The position numbers and the translations under genes were made by a program. A stretch of 64,000 bases of DNA from Octopus vulgaris. Lineage: Eukaryota. The notes under the pieces were generated by a model that was given only the letters and a program-made list of their open reading frames with translations, was not told the DNA's origin and ran no database searches. The stretch is from positions 28,148,001-28,212,000 of the forward strand of contig OX597832.1 of NCBI GenBank assembly GCA_951406725.2. Direction: 5' to 3'. Below, one piece after another: positions 25,720 to 40,334 of this stretch; the first letter of the stretch is position 1; every line of letters begins with the position of its first letter.

Positions 25720-25949
25720 TTAACCCTTTCATTACCAACCCGTCTGAAACCGCCTCTGGCTCTGTAGTACAAATGCCTTGTTTTCATAAGTTTTGAATTA
25801 AAATCTTCCACCAAGCCTTAGTCACAATTTATGTTCCTAACAATAGCTTAATGATAACTAAGTTATTTTACTAAATTCTTTGTTAATTTCAAAATTAATT
25901 GAAAGAAACACAGAGCATCTGAACAGAAATATGGTAACAAAAGGGTTAA
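25720..25949. mobile_element. piggyBac-like MITE (TTAA ends, CCCTTT...AAAGGG termini)
   Basis: ttaaccctttcattacc...ggtaacaaaagggttaa; same family at 38720-38949, 38971-39200, inverted at about 27900-28055 and 63875-64000. Confidence 0.85.
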
Positions 25950-27418
25950 GGGTACGTGTGTCTGTGGAATACTCAAGCACTTCCACATTAACTTCATCAG
26001 AAGGCCGTTCCATTGTTGCAACCATCAGACTGCCACATTTTGTATGCGTATGTATACACACACCTGCACAACGTGCGTTTATCAACACACATCCATATAT
26101 GTATATATGCGTTGATAACATACATAGGAAAATATATCATAGACATTTAGTTATGTGTTATACACATATGTACAGGAGAATTATAAAAACGTGTGTACAT
26201 GCGTCTGTATATATACGGAGAATTTGTGTTGATAATTAAGGACAATTTATGAGTGTAGTGGGTGGTGGTCGTGGTGAGAGTGCACTTAACATTTCCTTTC
26301 CAAAATATACACACTGGCCTACATATATGTAAACATGCATATACACAGCTTGTCTAAGAGTGACTATTAGGTGGGAGTGGGTGGGGGTGTGGTGGTGGTG
26401 GTGGTGGTAGAAGAGAAAGAGAGAGAAAGAGGGAAATGTTTGTGTGTGTGAGTGTGTATGTGTGTGTGTGCGTGTGTGTGTGTTTGCAAATACATATGGT
26501 TGTGTTTATACTTATGTATGTATGTGTATAATATATATATGTCACACACATAGATATGCATGTGTTAATGTATATGTGTGTGTGTGTTTAGTATATATGT
26601 GTGCTTATATGTATGTATGTATGTGTGTATATATATACATCTTTGTGTTTGTGTGTGTGTGAGTGTGTGAGTGAGTGTGTGCGTGCAAATACATATGTTT
26701 ATGTTTATACTTATGTATGTATATGTATAATATATATATATATATCCCACATAGATATGCATGTGTTAATGTGTGTGTGTGTGTTTAGTATATATGTGTG
26801 CTTATATGTATGTATGTGTGTGTGTGTATATATACATATTTGTGTATGCGTATGTGTGTGTGTGTGTTGAGGAAGTCAGTTGTGGATGATGTAACTTAAT
26901 TGACCACACCTAAAGGAAAGGTCAAGGGTAGATACCCCTCCACCCCACCTCCTTCTGTCCCCACTTCCTCCCACAACAAAACACAGGGTAGAGGTGGGAG
27001 GTAGATGTAGAGTGGGGGTAGCTAACGGGGGGGGTGTAAGAGGAGGGTGGATGGGTAGGTGGATGGGTAGGCGAGTGGGTGGGGGTGGGGGTAGGACAGG
27101 AAGTGAAGTAAATAACTACTTCCTGACAAGTAGACAGGAAGTCTTAGAGAATGGTGAGGAGGATGGCAGTAATAGTTGGGGGTGGTGGTCAGAAATGGAA
27201 TGTTGCGATGTCGTGATGTTCGTGCCTCAAGTTCTGTACAGGTTCCAATGCTACTGGGGTTGCAGCATTATTGGTGATACCATTATTTTAAAATTATAAT
27301 AATCTCCACCACCACCGCCACCACCACCACCACCACCACCAGCACCAGCACCATCACTACCACCACCAGCACCACCACAAACACCAGCACCACCACAAAC
27401 ACCACCACCACCACCACC

Positions 27419-27465
<47 letters not shown>

Positions 27466-27507
27466 GCAGGTAGGTTCAGAGAAGAACTAACTGATGTAAA
27501 TGACATA

Positions 27508-27549
<42 letters not shown>

Positions 27550-28800
27550 GGGACTTTTAACCCCTTTAGCTTTCAGATTCCTTTGTCAAATGTAAAAAGA
27601 AAAGGTAAAGACCTCCATCGGTCATGACTGACCATGAGACTCCACCTAGAAAGTTCCCTTCCGGGGCACAAGTTCAGGCAAGGTTGTTTATGGAAGGCCA
27701 GCAGTCACCCATGCATAGCAGGCTCCTCTCTCCACACCACCAATGTTATCCAAGAGAAAAGCAAAGGCTGATACAACTTGGCACCTGTGACATCACAACT
27801 CATTTCTACAGCTGAGAGAACTGGAGCAACGCTAAGTAAAGTGTTGCCAAATACGATTCTTAGCTATTCGTAGTTTTGAATTAATCCTGCATCATCTTAT
27901 TTAGTAAAATAACTTCGTTATCATTAAGCTAGTCTTAGGAACATAAATTGTGACTAAGGTTTGGTGGAAGATTTTAATACAGAACTTTTGAAGACAAGAC
28001 ATTTGTACTACAGAGCCAGAAGTGGTTTCAGCCGGGTTGCTAATGAAAGGGTTAATAATAACTGAGTTATTTAATGAAATTCTTTGTTATTTTCCAAATG
28101 AATTGAAGCCATGGCAATGTATTTCAAAAGAAATATGCTAATGAAGAGATTAACGAACTAAATATGCGCCAACTTTGTGTTGTAAGAAATCTTGATTAGG
28201 ACTTTGGAAATATCAGATTGACATCTAAAAAAAGTACATGTTGAATGGCAGAAAAGAAAGAATGCTGCGTCACCAGTTTACCAGTTCTTAAAGTTCCCCT
28301 CTCGCTATAATTACCGAAATGACCTTGATTCCTTCAACACAATTGCAAACAGTGTTTGTTGTTTTTACTCAAAGACAAACTAAGTCTTCAACACTTGATT
28401 CATAATTTTAGAACATTCTTGAATATGAGAAATTTATTATTGTTCTCAGATTTGTTTCTAATTAAAAGAGTGGCACCAGAGTTTTAGAAGAATACCTCCA
28501 ACGCAGAGAAGGCTGGAATGGTGAAGGAGGGAAAGGGTTAGACAGGATACTGGTGCTGCCTTGACCTAAATGAAGAACAAAGACAGATATTATAGGAAGT
28601 GGTGAGGTGGAAGGAATGGCTGGCTGGCTGACAGGGTGGCTGGGTGGCTGGGTGGCAGTCACCAAGATGTTCTTCAAGCAGTAATGGTTGCTTAACTTTT
28701 AGGTCTTCGTAATGGTTTAAAGTGAAAAATTTGACCCTAAGGGGAAACCAGAGAAATATTCTACTGAAATATGAATAAACATCTTATTGAAATATGGAAC

Positions 28801-29202
28801 AGGCATGGCTATGTGGTAAGAAGCTTGTTCCTTAATCACATGGTTCCAGGTTCAATCCCACTGCGTGGCACCTTGGGCAAGTGTCTTCTACTATAGTCTC
28901 AGGCTTACCAAAGCCTTGTGAGTGGATTTGGTAGACGGAAACTGAAAGAAGCCCATCGTATATGGGTGTATGTGTGTGTGTATGTGAGTGTTTATGTCCT
29001 TGTGTTTGGCCCAGCCAACATCGCTTGACAACCGATGCTAGTGTGTTTACGTCCCCGTAACTTAGCAGTTCAGCAAAAGAGATGGATAGAATAAGTACTG
29101 GGCTCACAAAGAATAAGTCCTGGGGTCGATTTGCTCGACTAAAGGCGGTGCTCCAGCATGGCCGCAGTCAAATGACTGAAACAAGTAAAAGAGTAAAGAG
29201 AG
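28801..29202 (+). mobile_element. SINE B copy, followed by further diverged fragments to about 29890
   Basis: Family B similarity. Confidence 0.88.
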
Positions 29203-30164
29203 TATATGTATATGCGTGTGTTTGTCCCACACCACTGTTTGACAACCGGTGTTGGTTTGTTTACGTCTCCATAATGTAGGGGTTGGACAAGAATAAGTAC
29301 CAGGCTTGAAAATAATAAGTACTGGGGGGGGGGGGGGGCTGTTCATTTGGCTAAAAACTTTCCAAGGCTGTGCTCCAGCATGGCTGTAGTCGAATGACTG
29401 AAACAGGTAAAAGATTAAAAGATAAAACCTGAAATGCAGCACAAGCTGTATGCACACACATACACACACACACAAACACATACAAACACAAACACTTACA
29501 CACGCTAAAACACAAACACACACACACACAGACACACACACACACAAACACACAAACACAAACATACACAAATACACACACACAAGCACACATACTAACA
29601 CACACACAAACACACACACACACTAACACACACACACACACACACACACAAATACAAACACACACAAACACGCACACTAACACACACAAACACGTGTGCA
29701 TGCGTCTTTGTGCTTGTCTCACCCTCCACTTGACAACCAACGTTGGTTTGTTTATGTCCACATTACTTAGCAGCTCGGCAAAAGATAGAATAAATACCAC
29801 ACTTAAAAACTAAAAAAAAAATAAACAGATAAGCAAGCCCTGGAGTTGATTGACTGAACCCAAGAAGGAATGGCTGCAGTCCAATGAGTGAAGACGGTGG
29901 CAGGTAGAGAGAATGAAAGAGAATGTGGTTTGGCTGAGGAAGGAGAAGCTGGTTGTGTTGCTATGGATATGTGAATGTTATGAGTCGACCAAAGTAGTGA
30001 TGGTGGTGGTGATGGTGATGGGTATGAGAAGTGGTAAGGATAGATCAGGCAATGTTGAGCTTTGTAAACTTATCCAACCCATGTAAAATAACAGGCAGGC
30101 ATTGAAATATTAATCCTTTGTGTAAATCTCACAACAAGAAATATTCAGCAATGGTACTTTGGAG

Positions 30165-30352
30165 TAAAGATTATTCACCAACATAACATGGCAGTCCTGG
30201 TTTAGGACGAATGTTACTGTAATTTAGCTCCAGGAGACATCATCTCCAGATCGTGTCGTATAGCCAGCTGGAGACGATGTCTTCTGGGGCTAAATTACAG
30301 CAACATTTGTCCTAAACCAGGACTGCCACATTATGTTGGCGAGTAATCTTTA
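30165..30352. mobile_element. Palindromic MITE-like hairpin element
   Basis: 85-bp arms (30165-30249, 30268-30352), 76/85 complementary, TA at both ends. Confidence 0.75.
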
Positions 30353-30539
30353 TTAATCCTTTTGTCCAGGGATTCTTAACACTATTATGCTGCTGGACCC
30401 CTTTTGATTCCTGTTTTTATCGGGTGGACCCTCCAAGCCATTTAATTCCCATCGTTGTTGTTGTTGTTGGCATCCTTTTTGTCTTGGGAGACAATGGAGT
30501 TGCGCATAAAATAATCTAGTCCGGCTTTTACATTTCATG

Positions 30540-30920
30540 TCCTAATACATCTCCTGCTGTGGCTGTGTCCTCCCGTGTTTTTTCCGCCACTTTTTACAGC
30601 AGCACTGAAGTGTCCTCTCCAGTTTTGCGCAGGCCTGGGCTAGAAATAAGAAAATCCTGGGTAGCCCAATCGTCAGGATTCCTCTCTTGACCTTGCTGAT
30701 GTAGTCCAAAGGAGTGCAGAGCATTACGTTTGGCACCAGCTTGGTTGCAGGAGCTGCTGGAAGAGTGTCAAGTCGAACACTAAACCGCTTTCGGAGCTTC
30801 ACTCCGGATTTCTTTGAAGGTTGTTTCCTTTCTAGAACCCTGGGTAGGAAACCATACCGGGTACTGTCAGCTGAAGCCAGCTGAGCCCGGGGACTTGTGT
30901 CAGGCAGGGTCATCACTCCC
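30540..30920 (-). mobile_element. Probable 5' region of an RTE-like LINE
   Basis: GC-rich island; the segment ctcctgcaaccaagctggtgccaaacgta...cctttggac resembles RTE 5' regions (from recall, unverified). Confidence 0.4.
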
Positions 30921-30991
30921 TGAAGTAGTGAAGAAAATCGCTACCCACTACCATTATATTTTTATAATTAAATATCATTAGGTGTTGTATA

Positions 30992-31860
30992 ATTACATGG
31001 AAAAACGCGAGCAAGAGAAATAATATTCTTAAGATTATAAACCTGGAAAAGTACAGCACACGTTATTACGCCTGTAAAAGTACAGGACAAGTTGTTACGC
31101 CTGTAAAAGTACAGGACAAGTTATCACATCTGGTAAAGTAGAGAACAAGAATATTTTTACTTAAAATATTGCAGCTAAGGATAAAATTTCAAATAAAATA
31201 TTTAGATTTAGAAAATATTAGCTATCAAAACTAAATATTTTATTACAAGTTATTATTTCTATTTGTTACTTCTATGAAAAATTAAAAAAATAACTCAAAA
31301 TATTTTTTGCACTTTAAAAAAATTCATTTTTTAAAATTATCAATTAATAATTAGAAATTTAAAAATAGGTTATAAAAAAATAATAGTAGTATGCAATTAG
31401 TTAGTACAATAAATAGAATAATACAAAAGTTAGTTAAATCTACCTATAACAACAAATTCACAGTAAAATTTGCTTGAGTTATTTCCAAGTCTTCACATTT
31501 TTAGTCTTGACCCTTTGCCTACTTTTTACATAATGAATTTGCCTACCATACGTACTATTCTACTTTGCTATAATTGGTATTTCTGGCTCTTATTTTTTAA
31601 GTATTCTAGTGTATCAATATCTTAACAAAATGATGGTCCCTTTTTTAATTATAATGTTACTTTGTAAATTAAAATGAAATAAATTTTAATATCCAAATTT
31701 TATCCTTAGCTGCAACATTCTAAGTAAAAATGTTCTTGTTCTGTACTTTACCAGATATAATAAGTTGTCCTGAACTTCTCCAAGTGTAATAACTTGTGTA
31801 ATTTTCCAGGATTATAATCTTAAGAATATTATTTCTTTAGCTCACATTTTCCCTTGTAAT
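30992..31860. mobile_element. Long-TIR non-autonomous DNA transposon
   Basis: About 175-195 bp TIRs (30992-31189 vs about 31695-31860) containing ~27-bp subterminal tandem units; very AT-rich core. Confidence 0.8.
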
Positions 31861-32769
31861 CCATGTCTTTTCCAGGCTATGCTATTATACTAATTAATAA
31901 CGTGTCAATTAATAATTTAAGATTTTACCTTATTGAAAATTGAATAATAAATTTAACAAATTTCTAAATGATATTTTCATTTTTTCCATTTTTGTGATTG
32001 AATTATTATTATTATTGAATCAAAATTAAAAAGTTTTAATCTCAAAAAAAAATTAAAATAAGATTAGTTAAACAAATTGCAAATTAGTGGTATCTTTACC
32101 TCAATAACATCGGTGACATATTAAAAGTCCCCTATACTCATAAAAAAGTATAGAACTATATTATCACCTTCAAATTTGAGAAACAAACATTCATAACTTT
32201 TTTTAAACTTCATTGCATGAGATTGATACCATGAAATTTCTCAAATTGAATTCTCTCATTTAAGCTTAGTTTAAAATATAGTTTGTTTTTAAAATAAAAA
32301 AATTTAATTATACTTAAATCCAATTTTTTGCCTTACTTATATTTTTTTATGATATTTTACCTCACAGCTTTTTTCATACAAATTTTTGTTGCATGGGACC
32401 AAAACTATGAAATTCTTCATGCTTTCTTCTATCATTGAAGCTAAGATAAATATATTTTGCTTTTAAAATGAAAAAAAGTTATTTAGATCTAAACTTGATT
32501 GGTGGCATTATTACTCTCCTATAACGTTGCTACAAATTTTGATGTAAACTTTTTTCTACTGGATCAAATTTCAATTTCTAAATGCCAAAATGTAGCTAGG
32601 GACCAGCCCTCTTCAAAAATGTTAACAGTTTTTAATTTGGTTAAGAACTGAATATGCAACAAAGCTCTGAAGATGCTGCATGTGAGTAAATTGCAGCCTT
32701 CAGAATATCATCCAACTACTACCGTAGTTGAATGATAAAACTTGTTAAAGTATTTTTTGTATTGTTGAT

Positions 32770-33068
32770 GAGATAGGAAAGTTATGGGGCATGAGGAAAG
32801 TAATGGGATACCAGTAGTAATTGGAGCATTAGGAACAGTTTCCAAGGGCCTTGAAAAACGTATTAAGAATATTGGAGCTGCTGTCTGGCTCGAGGTGATC
32901 CAGAAGACAGCATTGTTGGGTGCAGCTCACATTCTAAGGAGAGTGTTGGTCTCTTTGAGTCACAGGAGAAGGGAGTACTTGAAACCTTTGGTGATATGTT
33001 ATTGCCTGCTTTCAAGTGAAGAATAACCGGTAATTAAGAACTATCCGAGAGTCTTTCATAATAGACAA

Positions 33069-33117
<49 letters not shown>

Positions 33118-33140
33118 GTAATAAATAAATAAATAAATAA
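32770..33140 (+). mobile_element. R4/Dong-like (RLE) LINE 3' end with (TAA)n tail
   Basis: IPVVIGALGTVSKGLEKRIKNIG...IQKTALLGAAHILRRVL is the typical R4/Dong C-terminus; followed by (TAA)n. Confidence 0.85.
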
Positions 33141-33218
33141 ATGAGAAAGCGCAAGAAGTCAAAAACAGAACAGGTTTGTATTTTCAATAACATATACCAA
33201 AAAGACATATATGTATTT

Positions 33219-33268
<50 letters not shown>

Positions 33269-33634
33269 GATGTGTGTGTCTGTATGTATGTATGTATGTA
33301 CATGAATGTATGTATCTGTATATATATATATATATATATATAATACTAATTATATATATAGAATACTAAAAATATTACAAATTAAATGTTTTAAGACACA
33401 ATAGACAGTACTCTGTGTTTCTGCATACATAAATACATATGCATGTAGGTGTGTGTGTCTGTATATTTACATATATATATATACATATGTATGTATATAT
33501 ATATATATATAAATAATATCTTTTGTTGATTTAAATATTATTCTTAGCTTTGGCATGTGTGACAGTATTTATATAATGTGTGTGTGTATACATATGCATG
33601 TATGTACGTATGTATGTATGTATGTACATATGTA

Positions 33635-33682
<48 letters not shown>

Positions 33683-33923
33683 TTGTAATTTCCCTGCTAG
33701 TATTTCAGCTTATACCTCGCCACTACAACAAAAGCCGTTTCTACGTAACACCCTGTACTGCCATCACACCATCCCACTAACGGTTCTATAGAACATTCTG
33801 CTCTTTGGGGCAGTCACCAGAATATGCAAATAAAAGAACCCTGCCACCGGTAGAATGAACCAACATTGGTTTAAATAAACACCAAGGCTAAATATGTACA
33901 CACACACACCCCCAAATATAAAT

Positions 33924-34165
33924 GTGGAGGTGCATGGCTTAGTGGTTAGGGTGTTGGACTCAGGATTGTAAGATTGTGGTTTCGATTTCCTGGATCATAA
34001 CAAAACATTGTGTTCTTGAGCAAGACACTTCATCTCATGTTGCTTGAGTCCACTCAGCTGACAAATGATTTAACAGACTGGCATCCCATCCAGGGGAAAT
34101 ATATGCACCACTGAAACAAGGAAACCAGCCCTACAAGCCTGTATGATTCCGGAAGGATCTCTATC
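33924..34165 (+). mobile_element. tRNA-headed SINE family C
   Basis: tggcttagtggttagggtg...gtttcgattt...ttcttgagcaagacact; related heads at 36428-36772(-), 37885-38135(-) and a body at 27600-27830(-). Confidence 0.75.
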
Positions 34166-34254
34166 CTTTATTCTTACATATGTATAAACACACACATATT
34201 CTTTTACTTCTTAAAATGCAAAAAACAAAATTGGGTGTGCGCGTGTGTGTTGTA

Positions 34255-34297
<43 letters not shown>

Positions 34298-34336
34298 ATT
34301 ATTATTATTATTATGATTATTATTATTATGATTATT

Positions 34337-34543
34337 AAGGCAGTGAGTTGGTAGAATCATTAGCAAAAATGCTTGGCATTTCATTCATCTTTATGCTCTG
34401 GGTTCAAATTCTGCTGAGGTCAACTTTCCCTTTCATCTTTCTGGGGTCAATAAAATAACTAACAATTATGCTCCAGGGTTGATGTAATCAGCTTATTTCC
34501 TACCCTGAGATTAATGGCCTTGTGCTAAAATTTAAAACCAATA

Positions 34544-34586
<43 letters not shown>

Positions 34587-34790
34587 CATCATCATCATCA
34601 TCATCATAAGATGGTAATCTGTCAGAATTGTTAGCATGCTGAACAAAACGCTGAGCAGCATTTTGTCTGTCCTTATGTTCTGAGTTCAAATTCCACCAAT
34701 GTCGACTTTGCCCCTTGTCCTTTCGAGGGTTTATGTAATCAACTAGCCCCCTTCCCACCAAAATTTCAGGCTTTGTGCCTATAGTAGAAA
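34337..34790 (+). mobile_element. Two diverged SINE A copies within (TTA)n tracts
   Basis: Family A similarity. Confidence 0.75.
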
Positions 34791-35179
34791 ACATTATCAT
34801 TATTATTATTCTTATTTTTATTATTAAAAATACATAAATATTCTGAAATAAAACGGTTAAAAAAGAGAGGCAAGACAAACTAGAAAAAAACCAAACTTAC
34901 ATTTGGTTTCTGTAAATATACATCAACAACAATAACAAGAACAACAGGAATATAATATTATTCAAACGGTTATCAGCATTAGTCTTCAGAAAATAACAAA
35001 GTATTACAAAAAAAAAAAGCAAGTATTTTTATAGCCATGCATTCATCAAATATTCAATTCTCGTCAGCCAAATACCAAGAACCAATTGCTGGGAATAAAC
35101 TCTTTAAGTGCAACACATCCTTCTTTGACTTTGCTTTTCGCCGCCATCATTATTATCATTACTATTATTATTACTATTA

Positions 35180-35234
<55 letters not shown>

Positions 35235-36427
35235 GATTGTGCAATAGTTGACTATGCCTTTAATCCTTTCAGGGTTGAGAAAATAAATAGCAGTCAAGCA
35301 CTGAGGTTGATGTAGTTGACCAAACACCTTTCCCAAAATTTCAGACTTTGTGCCTCTTGGAGAAAGGATTTTTATCAGTTTTTTGTTTTGTTTTGTTTTT
35401 TTTTTTGTATTTCTTTTCTTAAAAAAATGTGTCTTGTAGACCCACAGCTAGCAATATTTCCTTGCCAGAATTCAAAAATATTCATCTGCTAGAGAGTTAA
35501 TTAACCATTGTATGATGGGTAACTTTGGAAGTCTACTTTTGCAGTCATGGGTAATACCAGGAATTCTAGCTTTCATACAATAATTTAAATTTAAATTTTA
35601 TCAAATTTCTTGTGATTTATACATTATAATGAAATGAATGCTAGTTTTCAAGAGAAAAATTATTTATTATTTTGAAATAAAACTGAATAAAACAAATTTC
35701 TTCTTGCAATAAATACATATTAATTTTTTTCTAAATTTTAACAACATAATGGTTCCAGGTTCAGTCCCACTGTGTGGCACCTTGGGCATGTGTCTTCTAC
35801 TATAGCCTTGAGCTGACCAAAGCCTTGTGAGTGGATTTGGTAGATGGAAACTGAAAGAAGCCCATTATGTATATGTGTGACTGTGTATGTGTGTGTGTAT
35901 ATCTTTGTGTTTGTCTCTCACCACTGCTTAACAACTGGGTGTTGGTGTGTTTATGTCCCTGTAACTTAGCAGTTTGGCAAAAGGGATTGATAGAATAAAT
36001 ACCAGATTTTTAAAAAAAAATTAAGTACTGGGATCAATTCACCTGACTAAAATTCTTCAAGGTGGTGCCCCAGTATGGCCACAATCTAATGACTGAAATA
36101 AGTAAAACATAAAAGATAATTGCAATCTACTTGATTAAAAACTTATCTTTCTAAAATTTCATTAAAAAATGGGTATCTTTCAGAAAATCATTGCCTGCCA
36201 CTAAGCCTTGCATCTTCGCTTAACTCTCTCTCCCCCCCTCTCTCTATATGATGTAAAGCATGACAGGAGAAACCAAGCAACCAACCAACCAGCCTTATAT
36301 CAGCTATTATCACACAGAGATATTGTTGCAATAAATATCACACAATGAGATACCCCTTCTTAGAGTTGCAGAAATACCATATAAATGATTCAATCTCACA
36401 CCAACCTGTGATACTCTAATGATATAT

Positions 36428-36772
36428 AAAGGGTAAGGATTCCCTTTGGTCATGAATGACCATGGGACTGCACCTAGAAAGTTCCCTTTCAAAGCACAAG
36501 TCTAGGCGAGGTTCTTTATGGAAGACCAGCAGTCTCCCATGCATACCAGGCGTCCCTCTTTACACTGCCAATGTTTTGTCCAAGGGAAAGGCAAAGGGGC
36601 CAATACAGCTTGGCACCAGTGGCATCATAACTCATTTCTACAGTTGAGTGAGCTGGAGCAACATGGAATAAAGTGTCTTGCTCAAGAAGACAACACACAG
36701 CCTGATCCAGGAATCGAACTCACAACCTCGCGATTGTGAGCCTGATGCCCTAACCACTGAGCCATGCGCCTT
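36428..36772 (-). mobile_element. SINE C copy
   Basis: rc ggcgcatggctcagtggttag...gagttcgattcctgg (A and B boxes). Confidence 0.8.
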
Positions 36773-37884
36773 CACAATGATATATATTATGTCACTAATT
36801 AGGTCATTAATTATGCCACTAATTAATATCATTGGGAAAGGCATGAACACCAGACATTCCACCTCTCTAAATCAATTTCATATCTCTAGAAAGACCCAAG
36901 AGAAGCTGTCTGAGTGACTTTTCCCAAATGCAGTGAAATACCAACGGCTGACATCTAACACGGAGGGTTAAAGGTTCAAAATCAAGTGATTCCCATCACA
37001 TGATCAGCTGGAGTTCCTGACTAACAAAACTTCCCTCAAAGACACAGAGGCAACTATTTTAAAACGAATTTATTTATGTTGTTGAGATGAACTTATTTTT
37101 AAGGATTAAACCTAATCTTTTTTATTTTCATTTTAAATGTGTCTGACCTGTTCTAACCCTTTAACATTCAATTCAGAAATACAAAACCTTGCCATTTGTT
37201 CAAACAGGAAAAAAAACCACAGAACTTGTCGTTGACTTGTAAACTTGTGAAGCAGTCAAAACTCACAAAACCACACAGGAAGTCACGTTTTGACCTTCAT
37301 TTGGTTTTGTTTGTTTCTTTTTGCCATCTTCATATGACTACAATGGTGCAGCTAAACCTTAGACAAGATACTCTACTTTTCTATATAAATACAGGATGCT
37401 GCCAAAAAAAAAAAACAACCTCCCATATTCACCGTTTTTGACAACTGCTTCATCAACAGACAAACAACTCGAACCAGTTTAAATTATATCTAAAAAAAAA
37501 ATTTAAAAAGACCAAACATTACCTACGTAAAAACATGATTACTCTCTTTGCTAATACCATAGCAACGGCTTTGTATTTAAGGGAAGTTTTCCTGACAAAA
37601 TATCAGGCAGAATTGGTAAAGCGTTGAACAATAAAAATATCTTGTGGAAGTTGGTTATGTCATTTGACATTCCAGGTTCAAATCCTGCCCAGGTCCTCTC
37701 TGCTAGCCACCGTTTTAAAGTTTATAGAATAAGTGTGTGCTGATAGAATAAGATCTGAGATCAATATAATTGATTGCCTCTTAGAAAGGTGATGCCCCAG
37801 CATGGCCACAGTTGAATGTCCTTAAACCAGTAAATGAATGAAAGACTATACAACAATGTTAGAACTATGAATAAATAATATAAT

Positions 37885-38135
37885 AAATGCGCCCTTTTAA
37901 AGCCTGGCCAGGCTCATGGGCCTGGTTTCCCGGTTTCCATGGTGTATGTGTTACCCAGCTGGACGGGATGCCAGCCCATCGCAGCGCTACTCATTTTTGT
38001 CAGCTGAGTGGACTGGAGCAATGTGAAATGAAGTGCTTTGCTCAAGAACACAACGCGTCGCTCAGTCCAGGAATCGAAACCACAATCTTACGATCATGAT
38101 GCTGACACCCTAACCACTAAGCAACACACCTCCAC
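37885..38135 (-). mobile_element. SINE C-related copy with a different 3' body
   Basis: rc ttgcttagtggttagggtg...gtttcgattcctggac...ttcttgagcaaagcac. Confidence 0.75.
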
Positions 38136-38719
38136 TAGAATTATGAATACTCACTGGTAGACAAAGGGTGGAGGGCAGAAGTTGGTGCCAATAACGACTG
38201 CTTGGAACTGTTGCAATACTTAAAGAGTTCAAATTGAAATATAAGTTAAGAAAGAAGAGCAAGAAAAATAAGAAGAAAGTGCAGCAAACCTTGTGCAATG
38301 TCGTGTAAAGACCAAATTATTAGTATTAGTATTAATATTATTATCATTATTGTTAGTGGGAATAATTGTAAATTTTAGAAGTTACCAAAGAAGAGGAAGA
38401 AGAAGAGCAGAATCAGCCAGTGAGAAAATTTAGGAAACCAAACCAACTTAAAGACTATGGCAGATGAACTTTTCCTAAGAATATACATACATATACATAC
38501 ATGCATGAACAATCACACAAACGTTTGTATGTTTAGGTGCAATTTACTTTTGTGGGGCTGTTTGCGTGTCTGTGTATATCCTTGCATATGTGTGTATGTA
38601 TGAATAATTCTACACAAACACGCAAACACACACAAATACATATGTTATGTTAGTGATGAGGAATGTGAGAAAAAAACGTACTCAATACTGGAAGTAAAAT
38701 GTATACAATTCTTCCTTAT

Positions 38720-39200
38720 TTCACCCTTTTGTTACCAACTTGGTTGAAACCGGTTCTGGCTCTGTAGTACAAATGTCTTGTTTTCATAAGTTCTGAATTA
38801 AAATCTTCCACCAAACCTTAGTCACAATTTATGTTCCTAACACTAGCTTAATGATAACTAAGTTATTTTACTAAATTCTTTGTTATATCTAAACTTAATA
38901 GAAAGAAATACAGAGCATCTCAACAGAAAAATGGTAACGAAAGGGTTAAAATGTATAAAAGAAACAATTCTTAACCTTTTTGATATCAACTTGACTAAAA
39001 CCATTTCTGGCTCTGTAGTACAAATGTCTTGTTTCCATAAGTTCTGAATTAAAATCTTCCACCAAACCTTAGTCACAAATTATGTTCCTAACACAAGCTT
39101 CATGATAACTAAGTTATTTTACTAAATTCTTTGTTATATTTAAAATTAATTGAAAGAAACTCAGAACATCTCAAAATAGATACAGTAACGGAAAGGTTAA
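38720..39200. mobile_element. Two tandem piggyBac-like MITE copies
   Basis: Each about 230 bp, similar to 25720-25949. Confidence 0.85.
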
Positions 39201-39536
39201 ACTAAGACAATGCCTCCTGTATAACAGAACACTTCACAGGGCCATATAAAAAAAAAGGCTTTGTGTGAAGGTCAGCTCAACTTGTGGCAAAGGCCTAGCC
39301 TGGTTTTTGAACCAGCATGGGACACACAGACATTATATAATCTCATATGAGTCACCATGTGTATCACATACTTCCAGAAACTACTTCACACTGAATGCAG
39401 CATTTCCCTCCCACTCCATATTGATTATTGTCTCCATTATGATGTTTCACAATTGTTAGGAGTGGGGGGCGGGGGTGAATTGTGGACAATTTTTTTTGTT
39501 TGTTTTCAGACAATTGCTATTTCTTACTGTCTACTT

Positions 39537-39835
39537 TCATCGTCATCATCATCATCATCATCATCACCCTCATCATCATCATCGTCGTCGTCGTCATCAT
39601 CATCATCCTCATCCTCATGATCATCATCATCGTCGTCATCGTCATCATCATCATCATCACCCTCATCATCATCATCGTGGTCGTCATCCCCGTCGTCATC
39701 ATCGTCATCCTCATCCTAATCATCATCGTCATCATCATCCTCATCATCATCGTCATCATCATCATCGTCATCATCATCGTCATCGTCGTCATCGTCGTCG
39801 TCGTCGTCGTCGTCATCATCATCATCATCATCATC
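39537..39835. repeat. (CAT/CGT)n microsatellite
   Basis: Direct inspection. Confidence 0.95.
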
Positions 39836-40114
39836 TACTTCAATGTTGCTATCAGTATTAACCTGCACTCACACAGGCAGCCGTTACCACTCAAACGGCA
39901 CTGCTCAGCCGAGGGGGAAATAATTCCCGACACTACGACTACACTACAAAAGCACTGCTGGCCTTGACCATCACTAAAGAATGGACAGCTATTGTGAGAT
40001 ATAATTTTCAGTCATATGTGCCTACATTTACATAGTGTTTATCCTTTCATAGAAAAACAGTACTCAATATCCAGTTATAGTGGAAGAGTGTATAGAGCAT
40101 AGATTTTATATGCT

Positions 40115-40160
<46 letters not shown>

Positions 40161-40334
40161 TAAATATATATTTATATATGTATGTATCCGTTCGGTATCC
40201 GTGTATGTCTCCACTGTCCTGTTTTTGTTCCTTCTTTGTCCCTCCATAAATCCTAAATTTTATTTTAGAATTTATGGGAGCCACAGTCTTTGAAGACTCA
40301 TTCTGTGCTTGAGGGGATCTATTGAGTCAAATAA

